Source of the DNA: Trichosphaerium sp. ATCC 40318
Taxonomy: Eukaryota > Protista > Tubulinea
NCBI GenBank assembly: GCA_038496445.1
Contig: JALMLS010000466.1
Location: 744,001-808,000 of the forward strand
Reading direction: 5' to 3'
DNA: 64,000 nt
In this document: positions 51,056 to 64,000 of the stretch, piece after piece
Numbering within the stretch: position 1 is the first letter of the stretch
How the letters are laid out: each line of letters begins with the position of its first letter
Notes under the pieces: model-generated
What the model saw: only the letters and a program-made list of their open reading frames with translations
Databases searched by the model: none
What the model was told of the DNA's origin: nothing
Program-made: the position numbers and the translations under genes

Positions 51056-53157
51056 TTTGTGGGTTGAATAAACGACTTTTGGCTTAATGGTATTTCAATG
51101 TGTCACAAAGAGATAATCTGCTTTAGGCGTACAAGCATTACCTTTGGCATAAACAAACGCTTCCATTGTAAGGTGTCACACTGTAAGAAATGTACATTGT
51201 GAAACCAGTTCGGGAAAAAACGCGAGTTTTCGTTTTACAACTAAAATAAAATGGGAAAAATGTCATTATTTCGTCACGTTGGAAGAATTTAGTTTTTTGT
51301 TGTTTGTCACAAAGCATACAGAAAATGGAAGGTACATAGCACGAAAGCCATCACCCTATTCAAACTAGGTACATATTTGCGAGTACAGAACGCTATCGTG
51401 ACCAATGCAGGAGACCTGCGAGGTAGAAGTATTACAAAATGGCGCTACGATGTAATAAGAAAAAATACTTGTGGCGCATAGCACCGACTAACTTGTAACT
51501 AATGCAAGAAGGCACACTTGGTACCATCGTAAATACCCGGACATTTCCGGCTTTTAAAAAGTCTGTCGTACAACTGCAGACTAAAAACAATTCTTGAAGT
51601 TTCGTACGGACAATCTTAGTTGTTCCTAGTTTGACTTTGTACTAAGGACGGCGTAGCAACAACACAGAATAGCTACTTTATAGCGAGGCCGTGAAAGCTG
51701 TGAGTAACCTCAAGCTGTATAACTACCTACTTGGACTGAGTCACAGCCGCTAAACTATGTTGGAACAATCAAAAATTAAATAAGGTAGTATGAATACTCA
51801 CATTAGTGCTGCAAGTGACCTGAAGCATTCACTACGTGCGTTATACCATAGTTTTGATGTTTGGCAATGAAAACATGTCAGCCTGTACCAACATAGCCCA
51901 ATCTACATTGTAACAAGAAAAACACTGATTTATGTTCTAGGACGCTCTTGAATAGACATGTTAACGAAGCGGTTTCAGCTTGTAACGACTTATTGGTGTG
52001 TAAACGGTTTAGACCCAAAGCGAAGCCGATAACAACATGAGAAAGCACGTAATACAACGTTACAAAACGGTGATGAGCGCAGCTTATAATAGCATACGCT
52101 GAAAAAGTGCTCAAAAATTATTCCAAGCGCATTATTGTTGCACCAATTGCGAGGAAGAAAACCAGCAAAGAAATTATGATTTCGGAAAGTTTGCGTAATG
52201 CACGTGTGAACAAAACGGCAATACAGCACCGTTTAGGCAAGTACCCTTTTTTTTACCTTAAACTTCACGCTGTTACAACACGTTCAATATTTCAGCCTTG
52301 TTAATATGTGAACTTTAGTGATGTCAATGACGTGCTTTCAGCCGAGATTTAGGCATCCTAAAACCTCAGACTTTTCGATATCCAACCATCGTAGCACTAC
52401 GACAGAGCCGAGATAATCTCACTCAGAGTTTTATAACCTGTTTACGAAGAGTTGAAACGGAAAACGTTCTGTTTTAGCTTGATCAACACTAGTTCGCTCG
52501 AAAGGCTTCGAATGGATTACGGATGTACTAGTAGTGCACGTAGGCGCTGCTAGAGCTCACATAAGATACGAGAGTACGTTGCAATAGTTTATTATCCGCT
52601 GGGTGGCCTCGGCTCCATTCGCTGAGGTTGTACCCTCGCGTTGTCTTTATTCTCCCTCTACGACCGTTTTTTCCTTTCCTCTGATGGTGTCATACATTAG
52701 AAAATCCTGTAGTCGCGTCAATATTCGCTCTTGATCAGCTACAGGCCCGTTAGTGTCATGTTCTTTAAAACAGTTTTTTTTTTGGCTAAAAGCATCTTGT
52801 TGTACCTTCTTTTGCTTGCAATAAAATAAGCTGTTTACTGACGATATTATTAGGCTCGATTCAATACATTTGCAGAGACGTTTCCACAAAAAAAGCGCAT
52901 CTTTACACGGCAAACATATTGACTTAGCTCAAATAAAACTTTCATCTTCGCTTTACAAAGCCTACAAACAATTGAATCAAACGCATTCTTAGTTGTTCGC
53001 AACAATCGATTGATAGCACAAGGCAACTTGTTTATCCTCAGTATTTCAACCGGCTAGATACACGAGAAGTTGTACGTAGTTCAGTCATCAAGGAAGACAT
53101 TTTAGGTTTTTTTTTTCTTTTATTTTTCTTTCAAATCTACAATTTCTTTTACACATC

Positions 53158-56100
53158 TCAACGTGATAATGGGTACTCGTTTGAGGCTTCGATATCCTTA
53201 AGGATTTCCTTGAATGAAGGTCTCTTATCGTAAGACTGCCAAGACATTTTTGCAATCTTTGAGAGTATTGGGCTCACATCACGGGTCTACGAACAAGAGT
53301 GAGTTAAGTTCAAAAGTGTGAGGGTTTTTTTGATTTACCATTGGGAATGTTGGTCGTAGTGTGTCGTCTATTATAGCTGATTGTATCGCTCTCCTATTCC
53401 ATTCTTTCCGCATGGCTATGTTTTCTTCTTTATGAATGACATAGCCTGCTCGTTCGAGGTTCTCGATTTTCTGTTAAAGAAAAGAAAGGTTAAAAGTGAA
53501 GGCAGACTTGTAATGTTTTGTACTTGACCACAGTTAACAAGTGACATTGACGACACTGTATGAAATCTCTTATCGTCAAAGTACTCGTCAAATGGAAGTT
53601 TACTTGTCTCCAATTCATAGAGCACACAGCCAAACATGTATACATCGCTAGCAGTATTGTACGACTTTGAGTTTGGATCCAGAATTTCTACACAAAAAAG
53701 TCAAAATCAAAAGGAAAGGTTTTCTGATTTAAAAAAACGTACCTGGGGGTAGCCACTGCCAAGTGTTTAGGCGCTCTCTCATCTCTCCTGCTACAAACCG
53801 GGCAAGTCCAAAATCTGGAAAATGCGGTCAGTTACAGTTTTGAATAAAATTGATTAATATTTGCACTCTTGCGCAATCTTTTGCCCTTGTTATCAACAAA
53901 GGGTATTACTTGTAATTCAAGTTTTTTAGACGTACCACCGAGTTTAGCGATTGGATCATGGTCGCGAGGTCGATCAAGACGCCGAATAAACACGTTCGGA
54001 CTTAAACAAAGAGCGTTAATATAAACTTTTTCGATTATTTAAGAAAGTCGTACCTCCTCAAGTCTCTGTGCATGATTACTGGTGTATGACAGTGCAAGTA
54101 ATGCATGGCTTGTCCAATGTCATAAGCTATACGAACACGCATTTCGGGTGTTAGACTTCGCTCATCGTCGTGTAAGATCATATTCAATGACTTGTGTTTA
54201 ACAAGTTCCATAACCTATTTTTTCTGTTTTAGCAGACAATCTTGAAGGTAAACTTCTGTTATTCTTAACATACCATGCCGATGCGTGGTGATAAGCAGAT
54301 ACCATATAGCTTAACTAGATTTGGATGATCAAGTTGGGATTGAAGGTATGCCTTATGGAATGTCAGCACGTGTTGATTTAAAATAAAACACAAAGCGTGC
54401 CTCGTGATGGAATTCTCGCCACATGGCAACATTCCCTGCTATGTTTTTTATAGTTTTTACAGCAACATGACGTCCATCGTCCTTTGAAAAAGATTCCCAC
54501 ACATCACCATATCCACCTTCGCCGAGTTTTGCTACTTTTTCGATATTTTGTATAGTAGGTACATTCTAAAAAAACAGTGAGTCTTTTTTTGAATTGATTC
54601 TGCTGTACCTTTAAGATAATATCTGGCGCTAGCTCTACAAGAGGTACAGTAGCGCTTCCGTAATTACATTTCAATGAACTATCACTTGACATGAAGCTCT
54701 CAACAATGTCATTGTATAAATAAGTTGACCGTTTTGCAACTATGTGAAAAAAATTTAGGATGAAACAAAGCACTCTATGAACGAAACAAGGTTTTTCGTA
54801 CATCTATTTCCAAGGCAATGACCACAAATGACCTTCTCTGTTACATCCTCAGGATTCTAGCCAAGTATCAGAATGAAGAAACAACCTTATATTACTACGA
54901 TACCTTCTGGTAGTACAGTTGAACAACAGCATCAATAGTTGCTGTTAATCTTGCAAGCAATTGTGCTTGCTCTTCTTCAGACTGTGTCGCTGTATTTAAG
55001 TACAATCTAACAACATTCTTTTGTGTATCTTTATCGTATTCAAGCTCGATTATACCACGCTTAATGTACACGTTAGTTGTTTTAAAAATAGATTTATGAT
55101 GAAAAGTGTAACTAGTACGTACACTTTCAGCAAAGACAAAGGCGATGCCTTTTATCCATATACTTTGAGGGCGTAATTTAGGTAACATCATTGTTCTTAC
55201 TAGAAGTCTTGGGAAGAATGCATAGTTTAGCCATTTAGGAAACTCGTACTGACGTCCGAATATATGGCAATTAACCTACAAAATAAAATTTTGTCAATGT
55301 CGAAACAAATGGTGTGCCTTGTTCACAAACGAAAAGAGAAATTGTTGATTACCTCTCGTGGCTTTATAACTTCTCTTCTGAATGTTGTATATGCTTGTTG
55401 TGGGGTATCTGGAAGTAGTGAGGGTACAATAGCAACAGGTACTTTATCTTCATCATATACACCTTCAAGAGCATCCTCCTCCTGAGGCTCAACACGGAAT
55501 GTAATCTCAAAACGACAAAGTATATCCAAGAACAAGTTTAAGTACTCTTCTTTTTGAGCCTAAATTTTTCAAAAATCACGTGAGTTTGCGTACACGAGTA
55601 GCGTGAAAATAATTTTGAACGTTTTTGCTTTTATGACTTACCAGTTGACTTATTTTAAACATTGACTGTAAGTCATGGCTGTATATATAACCGTTCCTTC
55701 TTCGTTTTACAGATAAGTTCTTTTGTGTTATAATAACTGAAAAGACTTGACTCAAGAATTCAGGATTAAGGTAGACGTGATTCTTTAGTCCTTGTGAGTC
55801 TTTCCAATAAAGTAGAAATCCCATGTCATGTAGAACTTCCAGTGATTTCATCTTGAGGATATATATGAGTAAAGAAGGAACCAAAGGTTTACCGTACCAG
55901 ATCAGAATTATCAAGAACAAGACCAGAAGCAAACTACAGAAAGAACAAAATTAGAAAAATCACCACAAAAAAACTTTCACAAACATCACGTACCTCTTTG
56001 TGAAAGTTTTGAAGAGTTACAATTGGCTTTGATTCACGACCTTCTACTACTCTCGCTATGAGTTCTAGATATCTCTTTGGTACTTTGTGTCCTACAAGTT

Positions 56101-59100
56101 GCCTCTTCTTTGCAACAGAAACGATAGTATCTCGAAGTTTTTTGATCTTTTCAAGTTGTTTTATCTTTGCTTGTTTACGCTTTCTCTCAACATTAGAGAT
56201 ACAGAAAATCTCCTTTTCGCAGTTGTATAATGTCATTAAATTATTCAATTTACCCATAATGTGATCATGGAACGCTTTATTTTGACTGAACTTAGTCGCA
56301 TTGCAATGCGTGCCTAAAAAAAAAAGTAACTGTTAAAAAAAAATCACTTGAACTTAAACAGTTACTTACCAATGATGATTATAGGCGCAAATTTGAAACT
56401 ACTTCTAATAACACGTATCCAATAATGTGCGTCTTCTATAGTCTTCTCATCAGCAAGGTTCGCCACAACCAAGTAAAGTGCTCTACAAGACAAGTAAGAA
56501 AAAAAACCCATGTGTTTTCCATGAACACGTGGAAAGTGGTTTTGTCAAAAAACTGGTATGATAAAAATCCTAAGAAATCAAAGATGTACCTTTCTGATAG
56601 AAACAAGTTGTGTGTTCCTCTGTATAAGTTCTGTCCGGCAAAGTCATATGAATGTACAGTAACATCTTCAAAATCGAATTGTTGTATATCAATACCATCT
56701 GTAAGTACGCTGTGCTTTGCATTTGTACGTGTCTCGGGTGTTCCTCTCTTAAGAAATCTAGAAAGACTTGTTTTTCCGACATTTTCATGGCCAACAATCA
56801 TTAATTTAAATTCTGTACAAACAACTTCTTCTGTGCCTTTTCCAAGTTTCTAAATACTCGTTAATAAAACTTTGTTTATCGTTACATATACAAGGATACT
56901 CTTATACCACCATAACAATAACATAAAGAGTTGTACGCGTGTGTAAAGTCAGGTGAGCAAAGAGAGATTCTATGAAAAAAAGACGAGAAAAAAGTCATTG
57001 AAGTGCTTCGTACCTCCAAGTATTTCATGAACTTAGAGTGAGACTTAATGAGCTCTTGCATAACAACATTGAGAGGATTTCCTGATAACCATAAGGTAGT
57101 CAGACATGGCATTTCGGATAATTGATAAGGAACATCAATAATTGAATTATCTCTAAAGTCCATATTCATTAGTCCTTTACACTCAGCTATCTTTGGAGAT
57201 ATTGACATAATATCATTATCACGGCATATTAGTGTCTTAAGAGACTTGAGAACTGAAACTTCATCTGGAATTGAAGTAACACGATTCCTTGAAATATCCA
57301 AGAAAGTCAACTCTATTTCAGGCAAAAACTTCGATTAGCACTAATACAAGCGGGTTTTTGATTTGCGTACTTGATAGAACGTTTAATCCTGGGAAAGCAT
57401 GAAGTTTATTACAACGAAGTGAAAGCTTTTGTAAGTTGCATAAACATCCTTCAACAATGTGGACAACTCGAATCTAAAAATAAATCAATTAAAAAAAATC
57501 AAGTGCTCGAGCTGGGGAGTTGTCATCAACGGTTTTTTAAAGTACGCACGGCGTTGAAACTTAAGTCAAGAGATGTGATACCACCAAAGTAAACGAAATC
57601 TGAAGGTACAGTTGATAACATGTTACCTCTCAAATCAAGTGTTTTAAGAGATGTACACAAGTGCGATGTGTCTACTAATCTATGTGGTATTAGCCTATTT
57701 ATCCTATGGCCTATGATTCCAAGTTTTGCCAATTGTTTGCTTTCGAATACTGTGGAAGGAATAGAATCGAAAAAACGTGTGGTATTTGTGCCATCATGCC
57801 ACATATCAAGTTCCTACAAAAAAAAAAAATGAACAAAAAAATAAGTTGTCTTTTTTCATTGTTTCACACCTTGAGCTTAGGTGGTATCATTAATTGTGCG
57901 CTTTGCTTTATATTACGATTCATCAAAGTGGTTCTTAGTTGTGCAAAATGTGATGGCGAAGTAAGCTCGCTTGATACTAAAAGAACGGTAGTATAATCAC
58001 GACCAAAAATATTGGTTAAACAAAACAATACCTGCAATTTGTCTTAGACCAACTCCCTTGTTTACACAGGTTATCAAGTATTTAAAGTCCTTTGGTGGAA
58101 TGGATCTATTCATTGCGATAGATACGTTCTCAAGATCCAAGTAATTGATACCGCTATAATTCAGAAAATCAACTAAAAACCGGTGAATGATGATTTCTTG
58201 CCTGTTTGATGCTAAACCATTTGCAAGCTCTTTAAAGCCTTCTTCAGAAATGTTACAGTTCTTCATTATGAGTCTTCTCAATGACTTGAAACCTCCTCTA
58301 CGAATAGCTATACCAAGAGCAGATATACCAGCACCTAGATTATTACCACCTAATTCTAATACCCGTATATTCTTTCCTTTTAAGATAGGTATCAGATCCA
58401 AAAATTCTGTTTCACAAAACCCGTTAGTTATCACGTGTCACATGTTTTTTGTCTCTTTTCAAGGTATTTACCTTTAGACCACATGTAACCAACGCCTGGT
58501 GTAAATTTCTTTGGTAGGGATACCCAAGAAATGCAGTTATTCTCTTTAAATGCTTCTATAATTCTAGTATACATTGGTGCTTGTTTTGTTGTTTGCCATA
58601 GCCAAAAGTTTGGTTGTTGCGTTTGTAATGTGCGTAATAGTTCCTCAGAAAGAAGTGGAAGACATGGGTATTGATGTGTATGCATTAAACCGTTTTCAAA
58701 AACGCCATCACTAATGACAATGCCAACGCCACTTTTTTAATTCAAAAAAGTTAGTCAAACACAATCACAAATAGTTGTTGATATTATTACCTAATATCCC
58801 GAATTTCTATTGGAAAGTGTAATAAGGCCGTAGGGAACTTCTGAGAAGCAGCAAAGAAAGACATTTTGTGACCAAAGCGTAATATGAAGCTACCCTCTGG
58901 TGCGCCATTCATGAATATTGCCGATTCCTTTCTGTCTATTGGTCCTGTAATACTTTTAGTATGTTTGGTACCAAGTTGTTCAACTATAAATCATAGGCAG
59001 GCGATATGTACCATAGAAAATTGGATGGCGCATTAGAGAGAAAGAAAGAGGATGAACGAATACTTCGTTAAAATGTTGAACGAGTGTTTCGATATAAACA

Positions 59101-60741
59101 AATGATTCACGTCTGACATCTTTACGTGGTATATAGAAACCTCCACTCTCGGATCTTCTGACAATCGAATGCTGTGTATACTGTCCTATAAGAAAAATCA
59201 GTTTAGCATTCGCAAAATCCGCTAATGGCCCTTTGAAAGGGCGTTGGGACAGCGAAAGGGAATTCATCACAAAAGTCAAAACACGTAATTTGAAGTGAAC
59301 GTACCGCCATCAACCCATGATAAAACCATTTTTGTTTTTGTTGTAGATATACGAAACAAGTATGTGCTCGGTGCCCTTTTATTTAATAAATGTTTCGCGC
59401 TCTCTCTACCCATCTAATGTATTTTTCAGTTAGAAGTAACGTCATCAATTCTACTTTTTTCTTACCCAGCCTGTTGAAAAAAAAAGATTAGTAATCATTT
59501 ATTTCTACATGGAAGTAAAGTCCTACCTCCGAACCAAGGTAATTTTGCAAGTGATAGAACAGTAGGTATTACTTTATGCCTTGGTCCAAATAGCTTCACT
59601 AGTCGATTTACATGAGGTAACGCAACATACTCTCCTCCAAAAGCACAAAAAAAATATCTCATTGTCTAAAGAGATGAAATCGTCAATATCTTTTGTGCAC
59701 GTGATTCGGGTTTTACCCTTCCTTTTTTTTTTTTACCTGAAGAGCGAAATCGTTATCGCCGACATCCATGTGATTGCTCACAAGCTTCTTTACTACTTCC
59801 CAAGTGATACATATTTCATTATTATTCTCATACTCAAGTACTATCCTTTCCAATACAGCATCAGATCCTTCAGACGAACTATTGAAAAGAGCACTCTTCA
59901 AAGCAGATGTATGTTTTGCTGCGCTCAAAAACCACACTGTAAGTCCAGTGCTTGCTTCACATACTAAGCGCTACGTATTACAATGTTAGCAACAGCATAC
60001 TGACAAGTATAAGATATGTGATTTACGTACTGCTAGTATGCGATGTAAGGCGTAAACAGAAAAAACGTGATTAACATCTGAAGAGCTTTTGATCATTGCT
60101 AGGACTTGTTGGCCATTATTTGCTGCTCTAACTATACAACGTCTTCTATTGGCGACAAATTCTGGCGATATATGATAAGCAGAGTCTACCATAGCGTTAC
60201 GTATGCTCTGACCACTTCGTGTAAAGTCGATCTGAAAAGAGCGATTACTTTAAAAGTTGTCGTAAGCGATAGAATTTCAGTAGCCCAAAACTCAACCAAG
60301 AAAAGCACTACAAGCTTCTCTGCTTCATTCGTACCCTGTTAATGTTCAAATTCAACTTTATAACACTATATATCCAAGTAACAACTTCGTATACAACTGT
60401 ATCGGAGAGCCCAGGTAGAGGTTCTAAAAGAGTAATAAAAAACGGGCGTTAAATATGAAAACATATCACGTGTTCTGAAAAGGCGTATCCTTACCTAATA
60501 TCTGTGCTATTTCGCGATAGCACTTACGTGCATCCGATAAAGCTACTCCAGTATCTATAATGTTTGAAAGAACCTCATTACCATCACTAACACGAAGACG
60601 GTCTAGTTCAGCAGAAATACCAGCTACATCAGCTTTTGGGTTCTGTTGAAGTAAACTTTGTGCTCTGTTTCGAAAACTTGCCTGTAGCGTAGAGATAGTT
60701 TGGAAATTATCTTTACGCGACAGGGCCCGTTCATGTGCCAT
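53158..60741 (-). CDS. Roco kinase: helical N-terminus, tandem SH2, LRRs, Roc, COR, TKL kinase
   Basis: Roc GHENVGKTSL, TDGIDI, YDFAGQ, IIIGTH; COR VYLNPEFL; kinase HRDLRSPN, DFGLAR, WLPPE; SH2 YLFRIS and FILRFG. Confidence 0.9.
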
Positions 60742-60878
60742 ACCGAAGCGAACAGAAACGCAAAAAACACAAAGGAATTTCGACGACTAGAGCAAAAACA
60801 AGGTTTTTGTCAAGCGTGCTTACAATGTATCTTTTCCTTTTATTCTTATACAACACCGCCAAATCATCAGTTGAGTAT

Positions 60879-62170
60879 TTAACTCTCTTCTTCAAACCCA
60901 TAGAAAGGCATAGATGGTCGCTGAAGCCTAAGGTAAAAAAAAGGTTATTCAAAATAAAAAAGAGAAATTTGTGATGTGCTTACCAGTTGTCTTTAGGCCA
61001 GTTTGTACCCTTGCCTTCAACGACGTGTATTGTGTATGCATGTCTGGGTCGCTTAGATAAATTCTTTTCGCTCATGTGTACAACATTACCATGAATCAGA
61101 ACCAAGGAACCTTTTAGTGCATAAGCGTTAAGACTCACGACAAAGAAAGATAAAGGATCTTATGTGTACCTTTTGATACAGGTGCTGACACAAAATCTTT
61201 TCTATCATACTCATCCCAAGATCCTCCATCCTTATTGTAAGGCGGTATAAACTCTACACCCTTACCATCAGCCGTTTTAACAAATCTATAAATAAACTAA
61301 GAAGGACGACAAAACCACTACACAAAAAAAAAAGAGTGTTGTGAAGAGATACCTTCTTTTTTTGTGAAGTCCTTTTTTATGTGATCCAGGTATAACCCAT
61401 AAACAAGCATTCTCTTCGTCTACATCATCTAACGCCCACCACCATGCAATACAAGATAAAAATGGTTCCGTATAAATAAAAGTATTGTCTTGGTGTGGTA
61501 CAGCTAAGAATAATTTAGCATGCGCCCGTTTAACGCAACGCTCACCTGCGCCTCCAATCTCAGGTTGCTTAAAAATATACATAGATTGAGCCACGTGAGG
61601 CTGAATCATGCCTAAATCCTTGGCCATAGTTGCCATGTACTGTTGATTTGTAAACTACACTGTTAGACATACGAGGAGCAGTGTAGTAGCCGTACTTGTT
61701 TGAATACTGGATCTAGCTCTCTCAATGCTACTTTGATTTAGATAACGATAGTGTATTACGCACATACCATGTCCTACTTTGCTTATAGAAAGGTGTTTGG
61801 GCCTTTTGAATTTGTTGTCTTCGTCTAGAGCTCCTTCTTCAAGAAAGAACCTAATTTTGTCTCCGCTATCAAGAAAATAGTCGTTGGTGGTTTTCTAAAT
61901 AACGTTAAAGGTGAATTTCAGTAAAAACGCTCGAGAGCTGGCCAAAATACCTCCTGAGAACGTCCAGTAGTAAAAATAGCGATATCTGAAGCGTCCCAGT
62001 CGTCAACGAGTTGTTTCATCCTGTTTTTCAGTTTTTCGACTTCTTCTAGAGGCACAGCGTTCTTAACAACCAAATAACCTTGGTGCACGCGTTAATGAGA
62101 ATAATCAATTATACAAATAACCACTACCATCATTGTTGAACTTCTCAATCTGTTCTTTAGTGAGCTTCAT
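60879..62170 (-). CDS. PHYHD1: Phytanoyl-CoA dioxygenase domain-containing protein 1
   Basis: [47 protein letters not shown] and RHAYTIH. Confidence 0.93.
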
Positions 62171-62370
62171 GCGTGGTCGTTCTATAGCGGTACAGTTTAC
62201 AGTATTTAGTCAGTTTGGAAGTTAAGTGAAAGAGTAAAGTTTTGTTGGACAAAATCCCAACTGTAGTAACAGTTTAAAACACTCACGACGTCTCTCATCA
62301 GTGTGACTTATATGTGGGATACCACTACAATTTTCTCAGAACGCCAGGGGAGAAATATTATAATTTACTT

Positions 62371-64000
62371 TTATTCAATAAGTAGTGAACCTTTATCCCA
62401 TATATCCTTAACAGCATTATTGAATCGTTGCCTAGCAACATGTATATTCGGTAATGTTTTCATCTTGAAAGGATAGCAACGATTTGTCAATAAAATAGTA
62501 TAAATACCACGCTCCAAGTCACAACAAACTTGTGTCCCAGTGAACCTAAAGTTGAACAACAAATTAGCTAAACCGTTTTTTTTTCTTAAGGTTTTTTACC
62601 CTGTATGTGTAAACGTTATCTGACTGAGATCACCACATCCTCTGTAAGTATTTGCAGCATAATTGTTTGTATCCCAACCTAAAGAACGTCAATATGTTCA
62701 CTTTTGAGGGGTTAAAAAGTACCTAATGCTCTGCTGCTCTGTGTAACATTTTTAACAGTTACAAAGTATTTAACAGTGGCTTTGTTTATGAAAGGGTCGT
62801 CTTCTGTTGCCAAGAAAATTGAACGAACAATGGCGTTGACATCTTTAATAGATGCAAATAAACCAGCGTGGCCAGCAATACCACCCAAAGCATAAGAGTT
62901 TTCATCTGAGACAACACCCTGAAAGATGGAAAAAAATGAGAAAAATGAGTCGTTTTACCGAAAAAAGTTATTACCTGCACTTCCTCGTGTCTATAGTAAT
63001 CATCATCCCAAGTAGGTGCAATATTAGAGTACACTTTAGGAGAAGGTCGGAATCCTGTGTTAGATGATAGCTTTAGTCTTTCAACAACATAACGACGAAC
63101 AAACGCTTCATAGTAACATTGATAGATGCTATCATTAACACAAAAGTTAGATCTTATCAAACAATTTGTTTTCACTTACCTAGGGCTATCTGTTGGAACA
63201 CCGTCGACACAAGTTTGGTTTAATTCAAACGCACGAATATAATTCTTTGTACGCGCTATTCTACCAACTACAAACATTGCCGTGATGAAGCTTAAAAAAA
63301 GTATGAATAGGTGAACAATTTCTGATAACTAACCTCAAATCGCTATAAACAAATTTGGCACCGACAGGGTTAATAAGAGTTTGTTTTAACAGAGAATCAT
63401 ATATACGTTCTCTACAGTTAAAAGAAAGCTGTGGATGAAGTTTAGATGTTTCTACAGTGACTTAGCACAGCAAAAACCCATAACAAAAACAAGCGTACCT
63501 TCGCAACCAGTACTATCAAATTTTGCGCTCCCTAAATAGGTTGTTGGCAAACAGGCAATAAAAATAACTTAGCACGTGCAATATGCAGGTACTGGGTCAG
63601 GAGGAAAACCAGCATTATGTAGAAGTAGGTTCATTACTGTTATCTCTTCTTTACCGTTTTGTGCAAATTCGGTTCCTAATAAATCTGGATGTGACACTTT
63701 CATGCCTATACTTGTATTAACACGCTAGAAAAGAGCTGCATAAGGTTATATACCCAAATCTACGTCGTTTTTTTGATATAGTATCATCATACACGTCGTT
63801 GTAGCCAATACTTTTGTGAGACTAGCCAAATCATATTTGGTCTAGGTTTATGAGCTTATTGACGCTTAGGCTAGCCGTACATCTAATGTTGTACTTGGAT
63901 TTGTACCGTTATTTGCTGGTGATGGTTTTCCATACGTGAAGTGACCAATAGGCTGCGAATATAGTACTCCCTGTCAGAGTTAGCAAATTACAGCTAATAA
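62371..64000 (-). CDS. Beta-lactamase-family serine hydrolase, 5' end outside window
   Basis: FDLASLTK (SxxK), LLLHNAGF, YSDLSFI, GHAGLF and HTGFTGT. Confidence 0.9.

Noticed and set aside
51325-52700. Possible spliced + strand gene (exon-like pieces at 51325, 52093-52236 and 52353)
   Set aside because: Could not build a stop-free model or recognise any domain
1-64000. Alternative genetic code (stop reassignment) suggested by fragmented ORFs
   Set aside because: Nearly all stops fall in GT-AG introns; TAA, TAG and TGA all end conserved genes. Only the Sec TGA and one TAA (22163) remain in frame in apparently intact genes
1-64000. tRNA, rRNA or snRNA genes
   Set aside because: None recognised by eye; tRNAscan-SE/Infernal would be needed to exclude them

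Overview
AT-rich, gene-dense eukaryotic DNA with many short spliceosomal introns (mostly 40-120 nt, GT-AG, donor often GTACG/GTATG/GTAAG). It is probably an amoebozoan-type protist; this is inferred from the Roco kinase, Shk-type SH2, LRR-DSP, ependymin-like and TKL genes. The ORF track shows only exon fragments, so I spliced the genes by hand. About 30 genes or gene relics are supported, including Vps34, Cactin, LRRC40, PHYHD1, a GT61-like glycosyltransferase, seven F-box loci, a divergent U2AF35-like protein and a piggyBac transposase relic. Most notable: (1) a 7TM receptor fused in frame to a degenerate PARP-like ADP-ribosyltransferase domain; (2) a Roco kinase with tandem SH2 domains that needs a 5-nt microexon; (3) an AhpC-like UxxC selenoprotein with a candidate SECIS, invisible to the ORF track; (4) a CheD/CNF1/NTAN1-like Cys-His deamidase candidate with a truncated duplicate beside the piggyBac relic; (5) strong enrichment of RTCACGTG E-boxes, often inside introns. 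All family assignments are motif recognition by eye, and no searches were run.
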